From Gemmatimonadota bacterium (lineage in GTDB: Bacteria; Gemmatimonadota; Gemmatimonadetes; Palauibacterales; Palauibacteraceae), in assembly GCA_039588275.1 (NCBI GenBank), contig JBDHAC010000028.1:1782-65781 (forward strand): 64,000 nucleotides of DNA, written 5' to 3'. How positions within the stretch are numbered: position 1 is the first letter of the stretch; each line of letters begins with the position of its first letter. The translations under genes and the position numbers were made by a program. The notes below the pieces were generated by a model that ran no database searches, had not been told where the DNA came from, and saw nothing but the letters and a program-made list of their open reading frames with translations. Of this stretch, positions 1 to 10,700 are shown in pieces.

Positions 1-173
1 GGCAGACGGCTAGACAACGCCGGGTTGAGGGCAGTCGCCCCCTCTGCTCCATCGAGGTGCTGGTGTATCGTGCTCCCGGAGCCCTACGTTTCTGACGGAG
101 GGGCGCCCGGCCGTCTTGCGTGGTGGAAACAGGGGCTGCCCACTCTGGATGCGTGTCCTTGGGGCTCCATCTG

Positions 174-1946
174 ATGACGCTCCGTGCGAAGCTCATCGTC
201 CTCTTCGCGGCCCTGGGCGTTACGCCGATCGTGGCGCTCGGTGTCTTCAACTATCTCCGTACCATAGCGGCAGTCGAAGACCTCATCGCCACTCGCACGG
301 ATGCGATTGCACAGCGCGTCGCCGCCGAGGTGAGCGAGAACTACCAGCTTCGGCAATCCGATCTGCTGCTCCTGGCGGAGAATGCCGAGACCCAGCGGCT
401 GTGTCGCGCGCGAGCAGGCGGAACGCCTGAGGAGTTGGAGAACGCCCGCGCCGAAGCGGACCGCTACCTGCGACGGGCGTGGGACGTGGTCGGACCATCC
501 TACCGCTGGGTCGAGTTCCACGACGCGGACGGTGCCCTCCTGTACGGGTTGAGCACGGACGAGTTCGGGCGAGCTTCTGAAAGGCGGTCTGACGAGCGGC
601 CCGCGCAGGACGTGATCACCGTCCGCCAGCCGATTCGTGATACCGAGACATCGGCGACTCTCGGCAGTCTCACGGCCGCCGTTCGCCTTCGAGCTCTCCT
701 GCCCGAAGAAGCGCTGTCGCTCTCGTTCGGCAACGACGGCTATTCGGTCGTGCTCGATCGAGCCGCCGAGCGGACCCTGTTTCACCCTCGGCGCGCGTTT
801 CTGGGCCAAGACGTCTTGCAGTTGCTCGGACCCGAGGGCTGGAACGTAGATCCGGCCGGTCTCGCCGACGGGAGCGGTCACTTCCGGTACGAGGAGGAGA
901 ACACCTCGCGCATCGCCTCGTTCTCGAGCCTCACGGATCCTCCCTGGACGGTCCTCACGACCGCATCGCTTGACGAATTCGCGGGGCCGTTCGCCCGGCA
1001 TCGGCTGCTGAACCTTTCCCTCATGGCGCTCGTTGCCGCCCTGGTGTCGACCGCGTTTCTGCTCGTCACGCACCGAATGACCCGATCGCTGGGTGCTCTG
1101 ACCCTCGCCGCCGACCAGGTGGCAGCCGGCGACTTTTCACCCGAGTTGCCTCCGCCAGGCACGGATGAGGTCGGGAAGCTGGCGGCGACGTTCGGCTTGA
1201 TGGTCAACCAGGTCCAGGCGATGGTGCGGCGGATCGAGGAGAGCCGGCACATGGCGGCGGTGGGGAAGTTCGCCTCGCAGCTCTCACACGAGATTCGTAA
1301 CCCGCTGACCTCGATCAAGCTGAACCTCCAGACCCTCGAGCGGGGAGCGCAGCGCGGCGAGCTGGCCGAGGGTCTCACGCGCCCCGTGGAGATCTCCCTT
1401 CGCGAGGTGAGTCGACTGGACCGCGTGCTCCGCGGCGTGCTCGGCGTGGCGCGGAATGCGGAGCCCGTGCGGGAGCCCTGCTCGGTACATGCCGCGATAG
1501 AGGAAGCGCTGGACACGCTCCACCCACAGCTCGAAGCCCAGGGAATCGTCGTGATGGCGGAGCTCCGAGCGACGGCGGACACGGTGAGAGGAGATCCGCA
1601 GCGACTGAGGGGTGCGCTCCTCAACCTGTTCCTGAATGCGGTGGAGGCGATGCCGTCTGGCGGTCGCCTGGAGGTCATGACGGAGAACACAGCGCCTGGC
1701 CAGACCGATGGCTCGGTCCGCGTGCAAGTGGTCGATACGGGACCGGGCATCCGCCCCGAGCTCCGCGAAAGGATCTTCGAGCCGTTCTTCACCACCAAGG
1801 ATGAGGGCACGGGGTTCGGCCTCGCGCTCGCCTCGCAGGCGATCGAAGAGCACGACGGTTCTTTGTCTCTTGCTGACAACGAGGGATGCGCGGGAGCGGT
1901 GTTCCTCGTCGAACTGCCGGCCACGACGACCCGGGACATCGCATGA
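174..1946 (+). CDS. sensor histidine kinase (TM, HAMP, HisKA, HATPase_c)
   Basis: ORF 120..1946. H-box FASQLSHEIRNPLTSI; ATP-lid motifs DTGPGI and GTGFGLALA. ATG at 174 precedes the TM segment LIVLFAALGVTPIVALGVF. Stop overlaps the next start (ATGA 1943-1946). Confidence 0.85.
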   Translation: MTLRAKLIVLFAALGVTPIVALGVFNYLRTIAAVEDLIATRTDAIAQRVAAEVSENYQLRQSDLLLLAENAETQRLCRARAGGTPEELENARAEADRYLRRAWDVVGPSYRWVEFHDADGALLYGLSTDEFGRASERRSDERPAQDVITVRQPIRDTETSATLGSLTAAVRLRALLPEEALSLSFGNDGYSVVLDRAAERTLFHPRRAFLGQDVLQLLGPEGWNVDPAGLADGSGHFRYEEENTSRIASFSSLTDPPWTVLTTASLDEFAGPFARHRLLNLSLMALVAALVSTAFLLVTHRMTRSLGALTLAADQVAAGDFSPELPPPGTDEVGKLAATFGLMVNQVQAMVRRIEESRHMAAVGKFASQLSHEIRNPLTSIKLNLQTLERGAQRGELAEGLTRPVEISLREVSRLDRVLRGVLGVARNAEPVREPCSVHAAIEEALDTLHPQLEAQGIVVMAELRATADTVRGDPQRLRGALLNLFLNAVEAMPSGGRLEVMTENTAPGQTDGSVRVQVVDTGPGIRPELRERIFEPFFTTKDEGTGFGLALASQAIEEHDGSLSLADNEGCAGAVFLVELPATTTRDIA

Positions 1947-3304
1947 GCGAGCGCATCCTCGTGGTGGACGATGACGCTTCCATCCGCGAGACCTTCGAGA
2001 TCCATCTTCCAACAGAGGGCTACGAGGTGACGACGGCGGGTAGCGCGGAGGAGGCGCTCTCGCTGCTGTCCGAGCTCGATCCCGCCGTCATGATCGCCGA
2101 CGTCCGTTTGCCCGGAATGAGCGGGATCGAGTTGCTGGGCAAGGTCCGGGAGGCGGGAGACGATGTCGACGTCGTCATCATCACGGCTCACGAGGACATG
2201 CAAACGGCCGTCGCGGCCATGAAGGCGGGCGCCTACGATTACCTCGTGAAGCCCCTCGATCTCGATGAGATCGATTTGCTCCTCGAGCGCTGCCTGGGGG
2301 AGCGGTCGCTGCGTCGGCGAGTCCGCCACCTTTCAGCTGAAGCGTCCGAGGCGCACGCGCTTGACCGCATGGTGGGGCGGGACCCCGCCATGATCGAGGT
2401 CTACAAGCTGATCGGCGTCCTGGCGCAGAACCGGGCTACGGTATTGATCCGTGGCGAAACGGGAACCGGGAAGGAGTGCATTGCCCGGGCGATCCACTTC
2501 AACTCGCCGCACGCGGACGAGCCGTTCGTGGCCGTCAACTGCACCGCGCTGCCCGAGACACTGCTCGAGGCCGAGCTGTTCGGCCACACGCGGGGCGCGT
2601 TCACCGGCGCCGTGCAGAGCCGGAAGGGATACTTCGAGGTAGCGGGGCTCGGTACGGTGTTCCTCGACGAGATCGGGGACACGGGGCCCGAGTTCCAGGC
2701 CAAGCTTCTTCGCGTGCTCGAGGAGGGCGAATTCCAACCAATCGGCGCCGAGCGACCACGGCAGACACGGGCTCGAGTCATAGCTGCCACTCACCGTCCC
2801 CTGGAGGAGCTGGTCTCGGCCGGCACCTTTCGCGACGATCTCTACTTCCGCCTCAAAGTCATCGAGATCCAGGTCCCACCTCTCCGCGAGCGACCCGGGG
2901 ACATCCCGCTCCTTGCGGATCACCTGCTCGCCAAGATCCGTCACCAGATGCACCGGGAGGTGCTGGGAATCGCGGATGAGGCCCAGGCTCTGTTGGGCTC
3001 CTACGAGTGGCCCGGCAACGTTCGTGAGCTGGAGAACGCTCTCACGCGGGCGGCGGTGTTGGCCCGCGGTCCGGTCATCGGCCGAGAACACGTGCTCCTG
3101 GGTGTCCCCCGGTTCGGGGCTGAGGGCGGTGCGGCACACTCAACCAACGCCCAGGATGACACGTTGGTTGCGGTAGAGGCGGCCCACGTCCAGCGGGTTC
3201 TGGACCGCACCGGAGGCAACAAGCGGCAGACGGCCCGTATCCTCCAGATCTCACGTCCCCGGCTTGACCGCCTGATCGAGAAACACGGACTGAGCGTCTC
3301 CTAG
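1943..3304 (+). CDS. sigma-54-dependent response regulator (NtrC family: REC + AAA+ + Fis-type HTH)
   Basis: ILVVDDD receiver; Walker A GETGTGKE; GAFTGA motif (RGAFTGAVQ); C-terminal HTH GGNKRQTARILQISRPRLDRLIEKHGL. ATG 1943 overlaps the kinase stop. Confidence 0.9.
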   Translation: MSERILVVDDDASIRETFEIHLPTEGYEVTTAGSAEEALSLLSELDPAVMIADVRLPGMSGIELLGKVREAGDDVDVVIITAHEDMQTAVAAMKAGAYDYLVKPLDLDEIDLLLERCLGERSLRRRVRHLSAEASEAHALDRMVGRDPAMIEVYKLIGVLAQNRATVLIRGETGTGKECIARAIHFNSPHADEPFVAVNCTALPETLLEAELFGHTRGAFTGAVQSRKGYFEVAGLGTVFLDEIGDTGPEFQAKLLRVLEEGEFQPIGAERPRQTRARVIAATHRPLEELVSAGTFRDDLYFRLKVIEIQVPPLRERPGDIPLLADHLLAKIRHQMHREVLGIADEAQALLGSYEWPGNVRELENALTRAAVLARGPVIGREHVLLGVPRFGAEGGAAHSTNAQDDTLVAVEAAHVQRVLDRTGGNKRQTARILQISRPRLDRLIEKHGLSVS

Positions 3305-3379
3305 CCCTGGGCTGTCCGGAAAGGCCCCTGGCGCTCCGCGGTCTGAGCGATTTCGTACGTCCCCAACCCTCCACTCGTA

Positions 3380-3398
3380 TGGTATCGAATCGTTACCA
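3380..3398. promoter_or_regulatory. imperfect 19-bp palindrome TGGTATCGA-A-TCGTTACCA, candidate enhancer (UAS) for the adjacent sigma-54 activator
   Basis: 8 of 9 positions are symmetric. Related TATCGAT motifs recur at 3410-3416 and 3462-3468. It lies about 100 bp upstream of the candidate -24/-12 element. Confidence 0.3.
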
Positions 3399-3494
3399 CC
3401 GCGGTCACGTATCGATGCCAACGAACCTCTCACCCGTGGGCGGTCAAGGTAGTCATCTCATTATCGATTCATAACTTAGCATCTAAATCCTTCC

Positions 3495-3510
3495 AGGTAT
3501 CCTCCTTGCC
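3495..3510 (+). promoter_or_regulatory. candidate sigma-54 -24/-12 promoter AGGTATCCTCCTTGCC
   Basis: GG (3496-3497) and TTGC (3506-3509) fall in the TGGCAC-N5-TTGC register. It is about 78 nt upstream of ATG 3588, in a relatively AT-rich gap directly downstream of the sigma-54 activator gene. Confidence 0.45.
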
Positions 3511-3587
3511 ATTCGCCGTTGCGTGAATGCCCTCGACACCCAATCAACCCTGAGCGCGAAGAACGAACTCTGAACCTGGTGAATGAG

Positions 3588-5519
3588 ATGTCTGCCCGAC
3601 CCACGGCCCACCGAAGACTGAGACCGCTTCTTGCTCTCGCCGTCCTGGCGGTGGTGACGCTCTCGGGAGGCGGCTCCACGCAGGGCGCGCCGGATCTGTT
3701 CGAGCAAGAAGCCCCGACCATCGAGCCACGATTCACCCGCGTGTTCGGAAGCGACTCCCTCGCCATGTACCAACCCTCGATCTCGCCGAATGGTCGGTGG
3801 CTCGCCTTCGCCGAGTGGGAAGGGGTGCGACCGGGCCGCCAGAACCTCTGGATCGTGAGCGTGGACGGAGGCGAAGCCTCCCGACTGACGGAGGGCGATT
3901 ACTGGGACGCGATGCCGATCTGGTTCCCCGGCAGCGACCGGATTGCATTCCGGTCGAGCCGCGTCGACGGGGAGATCATGGTCATGCCGATCGACCCGAT
4001 CACGGGCCGGGCGGCAGGACCGCCAAGGCAGGTCACGTTCGGCTGTTTCGCGTGGTTCGACATCTCCCCGGACGGGAAGTGGATCGCCTACGTGGGGGAG
4101 CCCTGGAACGATCGAGGGCTCCACATCGTCCCCGCCGCGGGCGGCACATCGCGGTTGCTCGTGCGCGACGATATGAGCATCCCGTTCTGGGGGAGCGAGG
4201 GCCGCTATCTGTACTACCCGGTCGTCCGGAACGAAACGCCCCTCGAGGCCCTGATGAGGGTGCCGATCGAGGGCGGGACGCCGGATACGGTGCTCACCTG
4301 GCCGGGTCGGATGTGGGTGATGCAGGACAGCGAGGGTGATTTCGTCGTACGCCAGATCGAAGGCGGACCGGCCGAGCCGGAGCGCTTCGACATCGCGACT
4401 TTGGCGGGAGAGTCTCTGGGTCGTCTGGAGCTGCCACACGGGATGAAGCTCCGGTGGCAGGGGCGCGGCCGCGAGGTCCTGACCACCATGGATGATGCCG
4501 CCTCACCCTTGAAGGTGCTGTCTCTCGAGGGGGGCTCGGCTCGCCAGGTCACCGAATCAACGAGTAGCAACGAACCGGTCGGCTGGACTCCGGATGAGGT
4601 CCTCCTGTTCTCCACCCAACTAGACGGGCACGAGGTGCTGCTCCTGGCCCATCCTTCGGGTGGTCCAATGCGGGAGATCAAGCTGCCGGACAGGCGCCTG
4701 GAGTCATACAACCCGGTCCTCTCTGCCGATGGACGCTTCCTGGCCTACGCCATTGCCGGAGGTGACGACGAGACTGCCGTGCTGAAGGTGCTCGATATCG
4801 AGAGCGGAGACACCCGGGTGCTCAGCGAGTCGCACCTGATCGGTCGTTGGGGCGTGAATATCGTGGGTCGTGGCGGCACCTACGAGCGCGACGGGAACGA
4901 CTTCCTCTATGTGGAGCGGACCGACGAGGGCTACGAGCTTCGCGCCAGCCCTCCCAGCGGACCCTCGCGGTTGCTGCGGAGCTTCGGGAAGAACGATCTC
5001 CCAGGCAACATCGCGGTGCATGGCGACCGCTTCATTCTGGGCGGGAATCTTCGCTTCGCGATCGGCGCAGAAGGCGAACCGCACCGGCTGGCAGACCCGG
5101 ACAGCGTGTTCGGGGGTGAGGCAAGCTGGTCACACGACGGGCGCTGGATCGCGACCTACGCATGGCCCGACACCTCGAGCAGCGACGTAAAGCTGGGACT
5201 GATCGAGGTGTCTCCTGCGGGCGAGGTGGTTGGCGATGCGAGAGTCCTGGACGCAGGGGCTACGTCGTGGTGGAGCGCCAAGTGGCTCCCGGATGACAGT
5301 GGTGTGTTGCTGGTCGGACAGACCACCGGGATGGACGCCGATGTGTGGCTCGTATCCGTAGATAACGACACGCCTCCGATAGCGCTGACCCGCGACGAGA
5401 CCTACCCGATGTGGGACTACGCCCTCTCCCCGGACGGGGCGCAGATCGCGTACTCGATCCAGATTCCACGCGGAGGCTCGATCTGGCGGGTCGACATCAG
5501 CGGGGCGTTCGAGAGATGA
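3588..5519 (+). CDS. PD40/TolB-like beta-propeller repeat protein, secreted
   Basis: ORF 3519..5519. ATG 3588 gives signal-like MSARPTAHRRLRPLLALAVLAVVTLSGG. Repeated ISPNGRWLAF / ISPDGKWIAY / LSPDGAQIAYS PD40 motifs. Confidence 0.75.
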   Translation: MSARPTAHRRLRPLLALAVLAVVTLSGGGSTQGAPDLFEQEAPTIEPRFTRVFGSDSLAMYQPSISPNGRWLAFAEWEGVRPGRQNLWIVSVDGGEASRLTEGDYWDAMPIWFPGSDRIAFRSSRVDGEIMVMPIDPITGRAAGPPRQVTFGCFAWFDISPDGKWIAYVGEPWNDRGLHIVPAAGGTSRLLVRDDMSIPFWGSEGRYLYYPVVRNETPLEALMRVPIEGGTPDTVLTWPGRMWVMQDSEGDFVVRQIEGGPAEPERFDIATLAGESLGRLELPHGMKLRWQGRGREVLTTMDDAASPLKVLSLEGGSARQVTESTSSNEPVGWTPDEVLLFSTQLDGHEVLLLAHPSGGPMREIKLPDRRLESYNPVLSADGRFLAYAIAGGDDETAVLKVLDIESGDTRVLSESHLIGRWGVNIVGRGGTYERDGNDFLYVERTDEGYELRASPPSGPSRLLRSFGKNDLPGNIAVHGDRFILGGNLRFAIGAEGEPHRLADPDSVFGGEASWSHDGRWIATYAWPDTSSSDVKLGLIEVSPAGEVVGDARVLDAGATSWWSAKWLPDDSGVLLVGQTTGMDADVWLVSVDNDTPPIALTRDETYPMWDYALSPDGAQIAYSIQIPRGGSIWRVDISGAFER

Positions 5520-5578
5520 GAGCGGCGGTGATCGGGTATCTCCAAACCGGTTCCGACCGAGCTCGAGGAGTGCTGAAG

Positions 5579-7615
5579 ATGTTCAACAACAAATGCAGAC
5601 CGAAGAGCGAGGGCGGGAGTCTTCACCCGACTGGCGGTAAGAGGCCCCGGTTAAGCGCCGTGGCGCTCGCCTTCGCGACCGGCGCCGGGTTGGCCAGTAT
5701 AGCGGCGCTGCCCCACCGGATCGCGGCCCAAGTTGCCCAAGAGGGGGTGCCGGTGATCGAACCGCACTTCACGCGGATCTTCGGAACCGATTCCATGGAG
5801 ATCGCCGGGGCCACGATGTCACCAGATGGTCGTTGGATCGTGTTCGGCGCGATGGGAAAGGACTGGAGCGACATGAATCTCTGGATCCTGCCCGCAGCCG
5901 GCGGGGAACCGGTTCGCCTGACCCAGGGCGCTCACATGCACGACGGCGTCGTCTGGTTCCCGGGCAGCGACCGAATCGCTTTCCGCTGCGATCGGTCTGG
6001 ACCGTGGGTGATCATGACGCTCGACGTAGACAGGGAATCCGGACGACCCAAAGGACCGCCCCGGCAGGTCACGCTCGAGGGAAGCCAGGCCTACCTCGAC
6101 ATATCGCCTGACGGGAAATGGATCGCGTACACGCCAACCAACGAGCGAGAGCAACGCGTGATCAGGATTGTCCCGAGCACGGGTGGCGCAACACGCACAG
6201 TCGGCGAATTCGACACCCCGGCCCCGATGTGGGCCCCGGACGGACAGAGCCTGTACTACGTCGCTCTTGTAGCCCGGCCCGACGACTTCGCGCTCGTGCG
6301 GGTGTCGCTGGATGGGGAGACGAGGGACACAGTCTTTCGGGGGCAGGGCTATCCAAGATCCTCCATTTTTCGCGACACCATCTACGTGGCTCGCTTGGTC
6401 GAGGGTGAACGGGGTGAGCCCACGGTCTGGGACCTGTCGACGTTCGAGGGTCGGACCCTCGCCCGCTTTTCGCTTCCCGAGGGGATGTTTCCCGGTGATT
6501 TTCTCAAGGAAGACCTGGCGTTTCTGAGCCGGAGGTCGGACGAGGTCGCACCGATATACATCCTGCCCGTCGATGGAGGACCAAGTCGCGCCCTGACCGA
6601 GGGTCGGGCTGTTGACGAACCGATAGCGTGGTTGCCCGACGGGGAGCGGCTTCTGTTCCGCACCGGATTGAATGGCGCGGAGGTTCTGTTGCTCGCCCCG
6701 GTTGATGGCGGCCCGATGCGCCAACTCGAGCTACCCGAGGACGCCTGGTGGGTCGGGGGGTCGTGGAGCAGATCCTGGATGCCGGACTTCACACCAGTCT
6801 TCTCGGCGGATGGTGACCACATGCTCTACGCGACGGGTGATCCGGAGGGAGGACCGTCGGCCCTCAAAGTGTTGAGCCTCGAAGAGAGGCGCACATGGGA
6901 GCTCACCAGCGCATTTCACCGCGTGGACGTCACCGGGAGCGGGGGCACCGCCTTCCGGGGCGGAGAGGAGTTCATCTTCGTCGAGAAGAGGGATGGTGTC
7001 TACGAGCTGCGCGCGTCGCCTCCCGAGGGCCCGTCACGGCTCTTGTTCTCTTTCGGGCAGGACCCACCCGGCGAGGTTGGCGTTCACGGCGATAGGATCG
7101 CGTTTGTCAGGTACGATGAAGAGCAAGTCGAGATGCGGCTCTACCTGGCGAGCGCGGGGCAGAGGGAGGCTAGCGAGCTGATTCGCCTCGATGATTGGTT
7201 CGGTCCCCCGATGTGGTCTCCTGATGGCCGCTGGATCGCCGCGACCCACTACATGGGCGATGGCAACGAAACCGGCGTATTCACATCCAGGATCATGTTC
7301 CTCGAGATCTCGCACTCGGGCGAGCTCGTCGGCGGACCGCGGTACGTCGGAGATCCGATGGTCTCCTACTGGAACAACGTGTGGCTCCCGGACAGCCGCG
7401 GGATTCTGACAACTGGCTGGGAGAGCGCCGACGTGTGGCTCATGCCGGTTGATCCGGACCGGAGTCCTGTGGCACTGACTCGTGATGATCCGGGCCAGGC
7501 ATGGAACTTCGTCCTCTCACCGGATGGCAGCCACATCGCCTACAGCAGCCGAAGCGTGCGCGGAAGCTCGCTGTGGCTGGTTGACCTGAGCGAGGCCTTG
7601 GAGCGCGAGCCTTGA
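5579..7615 (+). CDS. PD40/TolB-like beta-propeller repeat protein, tandem paralog of 3588..5519
   Basis: ORF 5411..7615. Collinear similarity to the upstream gene (EPHFTRIFGTDS vs EPRFTRVFGSDS; YELRASPPEGPSRLL vs YELRASPPSGPSRLL). ATG 5579 has GAGGAG 8 nt upstream. The alternative ATG 5516 overlaps the upstream stop (ATGA). Confidence 0.75.
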   Translation: MFNNKCRPKSEGGSLHPTGGKRPRLSAVALAFATGAGLASIAALPHRIAAQVAQEGVPVIEPHFTRIFGTDSMEIAGATMSPDGRWIVFGAMGKDWSDMNLWILPAAGGEPVRLTQGAHMHDGVVWFPGSDRIAFRCDRSGPWVIMTLDVDRESGRPKGPPRQVTLEGSQAYLDISPDGKWIAYTPTNEREQRVIRIVPSTGGATRTVGEFDTPAPMWAPDGQSLYYVALVARPDDFALVRVSLDGETRDTVFRGQGYPRSSIFRDTIYVARLVEGERGEPTVWDLSTFEGRTLARFSLPEGMFPGDFLKEDLAFLSRRSDEVAPIYILPVDGGPSRALTEGRAVDEPIAWLPDGERLLFRTGLNGAEVLLLAPVDGGPMRQLELPEDAWWVGGSWSRSWMPDFTPVFSADGDHMLYATGDPEGGPSALKVLSLEERRTWELTSAFHRVDVTGSGGTAFRGGEEFIFVEKRDGVYELRASPPEGPSRLLFSFGQDPPGEVGVHGDRIAFVRYDEEQVEMRLYLASAGQREASELIRLDDWFGPPMWSPDGRWIAATHYMGDGNETGVFTSRIMFLEISHSGELVGGPRYVGDPMVSYWNNVWLPDSRGILTTGWESADVWLMPVDPDRSPVALTRDDPGQAWNFVLSPDGSHIAYSSRSVRGSSLWLVDLSEALEREP

Positions 7616-7680
7616 GCAGCACCGTGCGGTTTCTCGATAGACGCGGGCGTGCGAAAGGTACGCCAAGCCCCGTGTTGTGG

Positions 7681-7719
7681 AAAAAGAAGAGCCCCGGCTT
7701 TCGCCGGGGCTCTTCGGTT
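7681..7719. terminator. bidirectional intrinsic terminator between convergent genes
   Basis: Perfect stem GAGCCCCGGC-TTTC-GCCGGGGCTC (7689-7712), flanked by AAAAAGAA and TTCGGTT. The T-rich tail is best on the minus strand. Confidence 0.7.
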
Positions 7720-7739
7720 GAGGTGAGTACGGCGCGCGA

Positions 7740-10700
7740 TTAGAAGCGGAAGCGCGCGCCGAGCTGGATCCGAGTGTTGGATTCCGGGCTGAACAGCGAG
7801 AACGGGGTGAGGTCGTCTCCGACGGGTCCACGGTAATCGTACACGAAGCGAGCGTTGTCGACGTCGCCCTCACGACCGGCCACACGCAGGACCTCGATCC
7901 CACGATCCACGCGCGACTGGAGGACCTTGGACTCGAACAGGTTCAGGATGTTCGCGTAGATCTCCAACGTCCACGGTCCGAACACGTCGTTGATCCCGGC
8001 GACGAGACTGATGTCCAGCCTGTCGCTCGAGGGGTTGCGGCAGCTGTTCCGCCGCATCAACCCGCCGCGCTGGCTGCTCAAGCACTCGTCCGAGTTGATG
8101 AGCGCGTCGTACGCCGCCGCATCCTCGGGGCTGATGAACGCCAGCTCGCTGATGCTGCTCGGGATGTAGATGAGGTCGTTGTCCCGGCTGATGACGGGAT
8201 TCCGATAGTTGTCACCGTTCGGGTCTCCCCGCACCACGTACGAGTAGGGAAGTCCGGTCTGCCGGAAGTAAGTCGGCGTGACCTGCAGATACGCCTTCTC
8301 TCCCAAATCCCACTGCGCGGTGGCGCCGAGCACGATCTTGTGCTCAACCTCGTAGTTCGAGTCGGCTTTCTCGGGGTTGTTCGGATCCCCTCGAATCGGG
8401 TTCCGGCCGAAGTTCGAGGTCGCCTGGCTCGACTGCTGGACCTGTAGGTCCTGAACATCCGCATACGTATAAGAGCCGCGGAAGCGGAGCCACTCGCTGA
8501 ACTGGCGCTGGAGCTCGAACGTGAGCAACAGCGCCGAGCTCTCGCTCCGGTTGGTCAGGTTGACCACGTTGCGGAAGTCGTCGTCCATCAGGTTGTTGTC
8601 GAAGCAGCCGCCGCGGCTTCCGCACCCGCTGGCCGTCGGCGTCCCGAAGTACGGGCGACCCTCGACCGGGTCGATGCCCGTCGGCTCGACGAGGTTCAGC
8701 TCCTCGAAGAACACCTCCTCGATCGCCTTGCTGTACAGCACTTCGACGGTCACATCGAAGCCGCCGGGTAGCTCGCGGTCGATGCCGGCCGAGAGCTTGA
8801 GATCCAGCGGGAAGTTGAAGTTCTCGTCGACGACGTTGATGACCGGTCGCGCGGCAGCACCCGCTCCACCACCACCCGCACACGTTGTCGGAGCGGGGGA
8901 GTTGGGATCGAAGGCCGGTGCGTCGGTGCCCTCGCACGTCAGGTCGACCGACTGGATGCCCGTGTTGCCGTACGCGTTCGAGATCCACACGAACGGCGAG
9001 CGCCCGGCGAACAGCCCGGCTCCACCACGGAATTGGGTGCGGTACTCGTCGCCGGTCTGGTAATTGAACCCGAAGCGCGGCTGCCACAGGATGTTGCCCG
9101 ATGGCACGATGCTGTTGGCGAACCCGAACGAGTTCGAGAAGTCCGAGTTCAGGCGAGGGTCGTCGGGCAGGAGCGGGATCTCCGCCCGGAGCCCGAAGTT
9201 GAGCGTCAGGTTGTCGCTCACCGTCCACTCATCCTGCACGTAGAACGCCAGCTGGAAGACGTCGAACGTGGCCGGCAGCTGATCCTCGGTCACCCCCGGA
9301 GCCGGGACGCGCTTCACATACTCGGACGGGGTGTTGGCCTGCAGGTCCGCGATGCTTCCGAAGGTCCACAGGCCGAGCAGTCCGGGCTCGAACAGGTTCT
9401 TGAAGCTGTAGAACTCGTTGTGCGTCCCGAACGTGATCCGGTGATCGCCGAACCGACCGGTCAGGTTGTCGGTGATCTGGAAGATCGTCTGGTCGAGCGA
9501 GTTCGCCTGCGAGAACCGCTCTGCACCCACGAGGAAGTCGAAGCTGGCTTCGACCGTCACCTGGCCGAAGCCGACCGCCGGGTCTCGCTCGTCGTTGATG
9601 AACTCGAGGTTCAGGAGCACCTCGTTCTCCCACCGGTCTCCGAGCTGCGTGAACAGCTGTGCCACGGTGGAGTTCGTGATGGTGAGGAACGGCGCCAGGT
9701 TCGAGGTGAAGCAGTACTCCCCGAAGCCCCCGCGATTGCAGGAGAGCTCGTTCCGGGCGCGCGAGTAATTGTGCCGCACCACGAGCCGGTTGTCCTCACC
9801 GAGCTGGAAGTCCAGGCGTCCGAAGACGTTGGTGCGCGGGTTCTTGACCGACAGCGCCCCCGTCGTCCCCGGGTCGACCCCGTACGTGTTCTGGAAGACG
9901 TCGCGGATCGCGACCGCATCGGCCGCATCGATGCCCAGCCCGTCGGAGAAGTCGTTCCCCACCCCGGGCTCGAAGCCCTCGAACGGGTTGTCGAAGATCT
10001 GGGCCTCGAACGCGCCGAAAAAGAAGACCTTTTCGCGCACGAGCGGCCCACCGAGCGTCCCGCCGAACTGGGTGTCGTTGAACTCGCCGAACTCGCGGTC
10101 TTCCAGCTTGCTCACGAGACCCTCGTTCGTGAACGTGCCGAAGCCGGAGAACTGCCACTCGTTGGTGCCGGCTTTCGTGACGGCGTTGACCAGCCCGCCG
10201 CTGAAGTTGGAGTGCCGGACGTCGAACGGGGCCACGAGGACCTGGAACTCCTGGATCGCCTCGAGCGTGATCGGCTTCGCGTTCCCCTGGCCGCCGGGCG
10301 TCCCGCTCTCGCCGACGCCGAACACGTCGTTATTGACGGCCCCGTCGATCTGGATGTTGTTGAGGCGGTTCGCCTTACCGGCGATCGACGGCGCGTTCTC
10401 GAACTGGTTCGCGTACGGCGACAGGAGCGTCAGCTCCATCAAACTCCGGTTGATCGTCGGGAATGTCTCGATCTCGGTCTCGCCGATGGTCGTCGACTGA
10501 CCGGTCTTCCCGGCGCTGAACACCGCATCATCGCCCACCACGGAGACCGTCAGCTCCTCCACCTGCACGGCGGTCTGCTGAATCTGGAAGTTGACGGTCT
10601 CGGCTTGACTGAGCGTGATGTTGACCCCGGTACGGCTTTGCGGGCCGTACCCGATGATCTGGACCCGGACGGTGAACGGCCCGCCCGGCTGGAGCTGGGC

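Noticed and set aside
84-1073. 329-aa ORF on the minus strand
   Set aside because: It is antisense to a histidine kinase with clear motifs. Its composition is Arg/Gly/Pro-rich and low in information, typical of off-frame ORFs in GC-rich DNA. No motif recognised.
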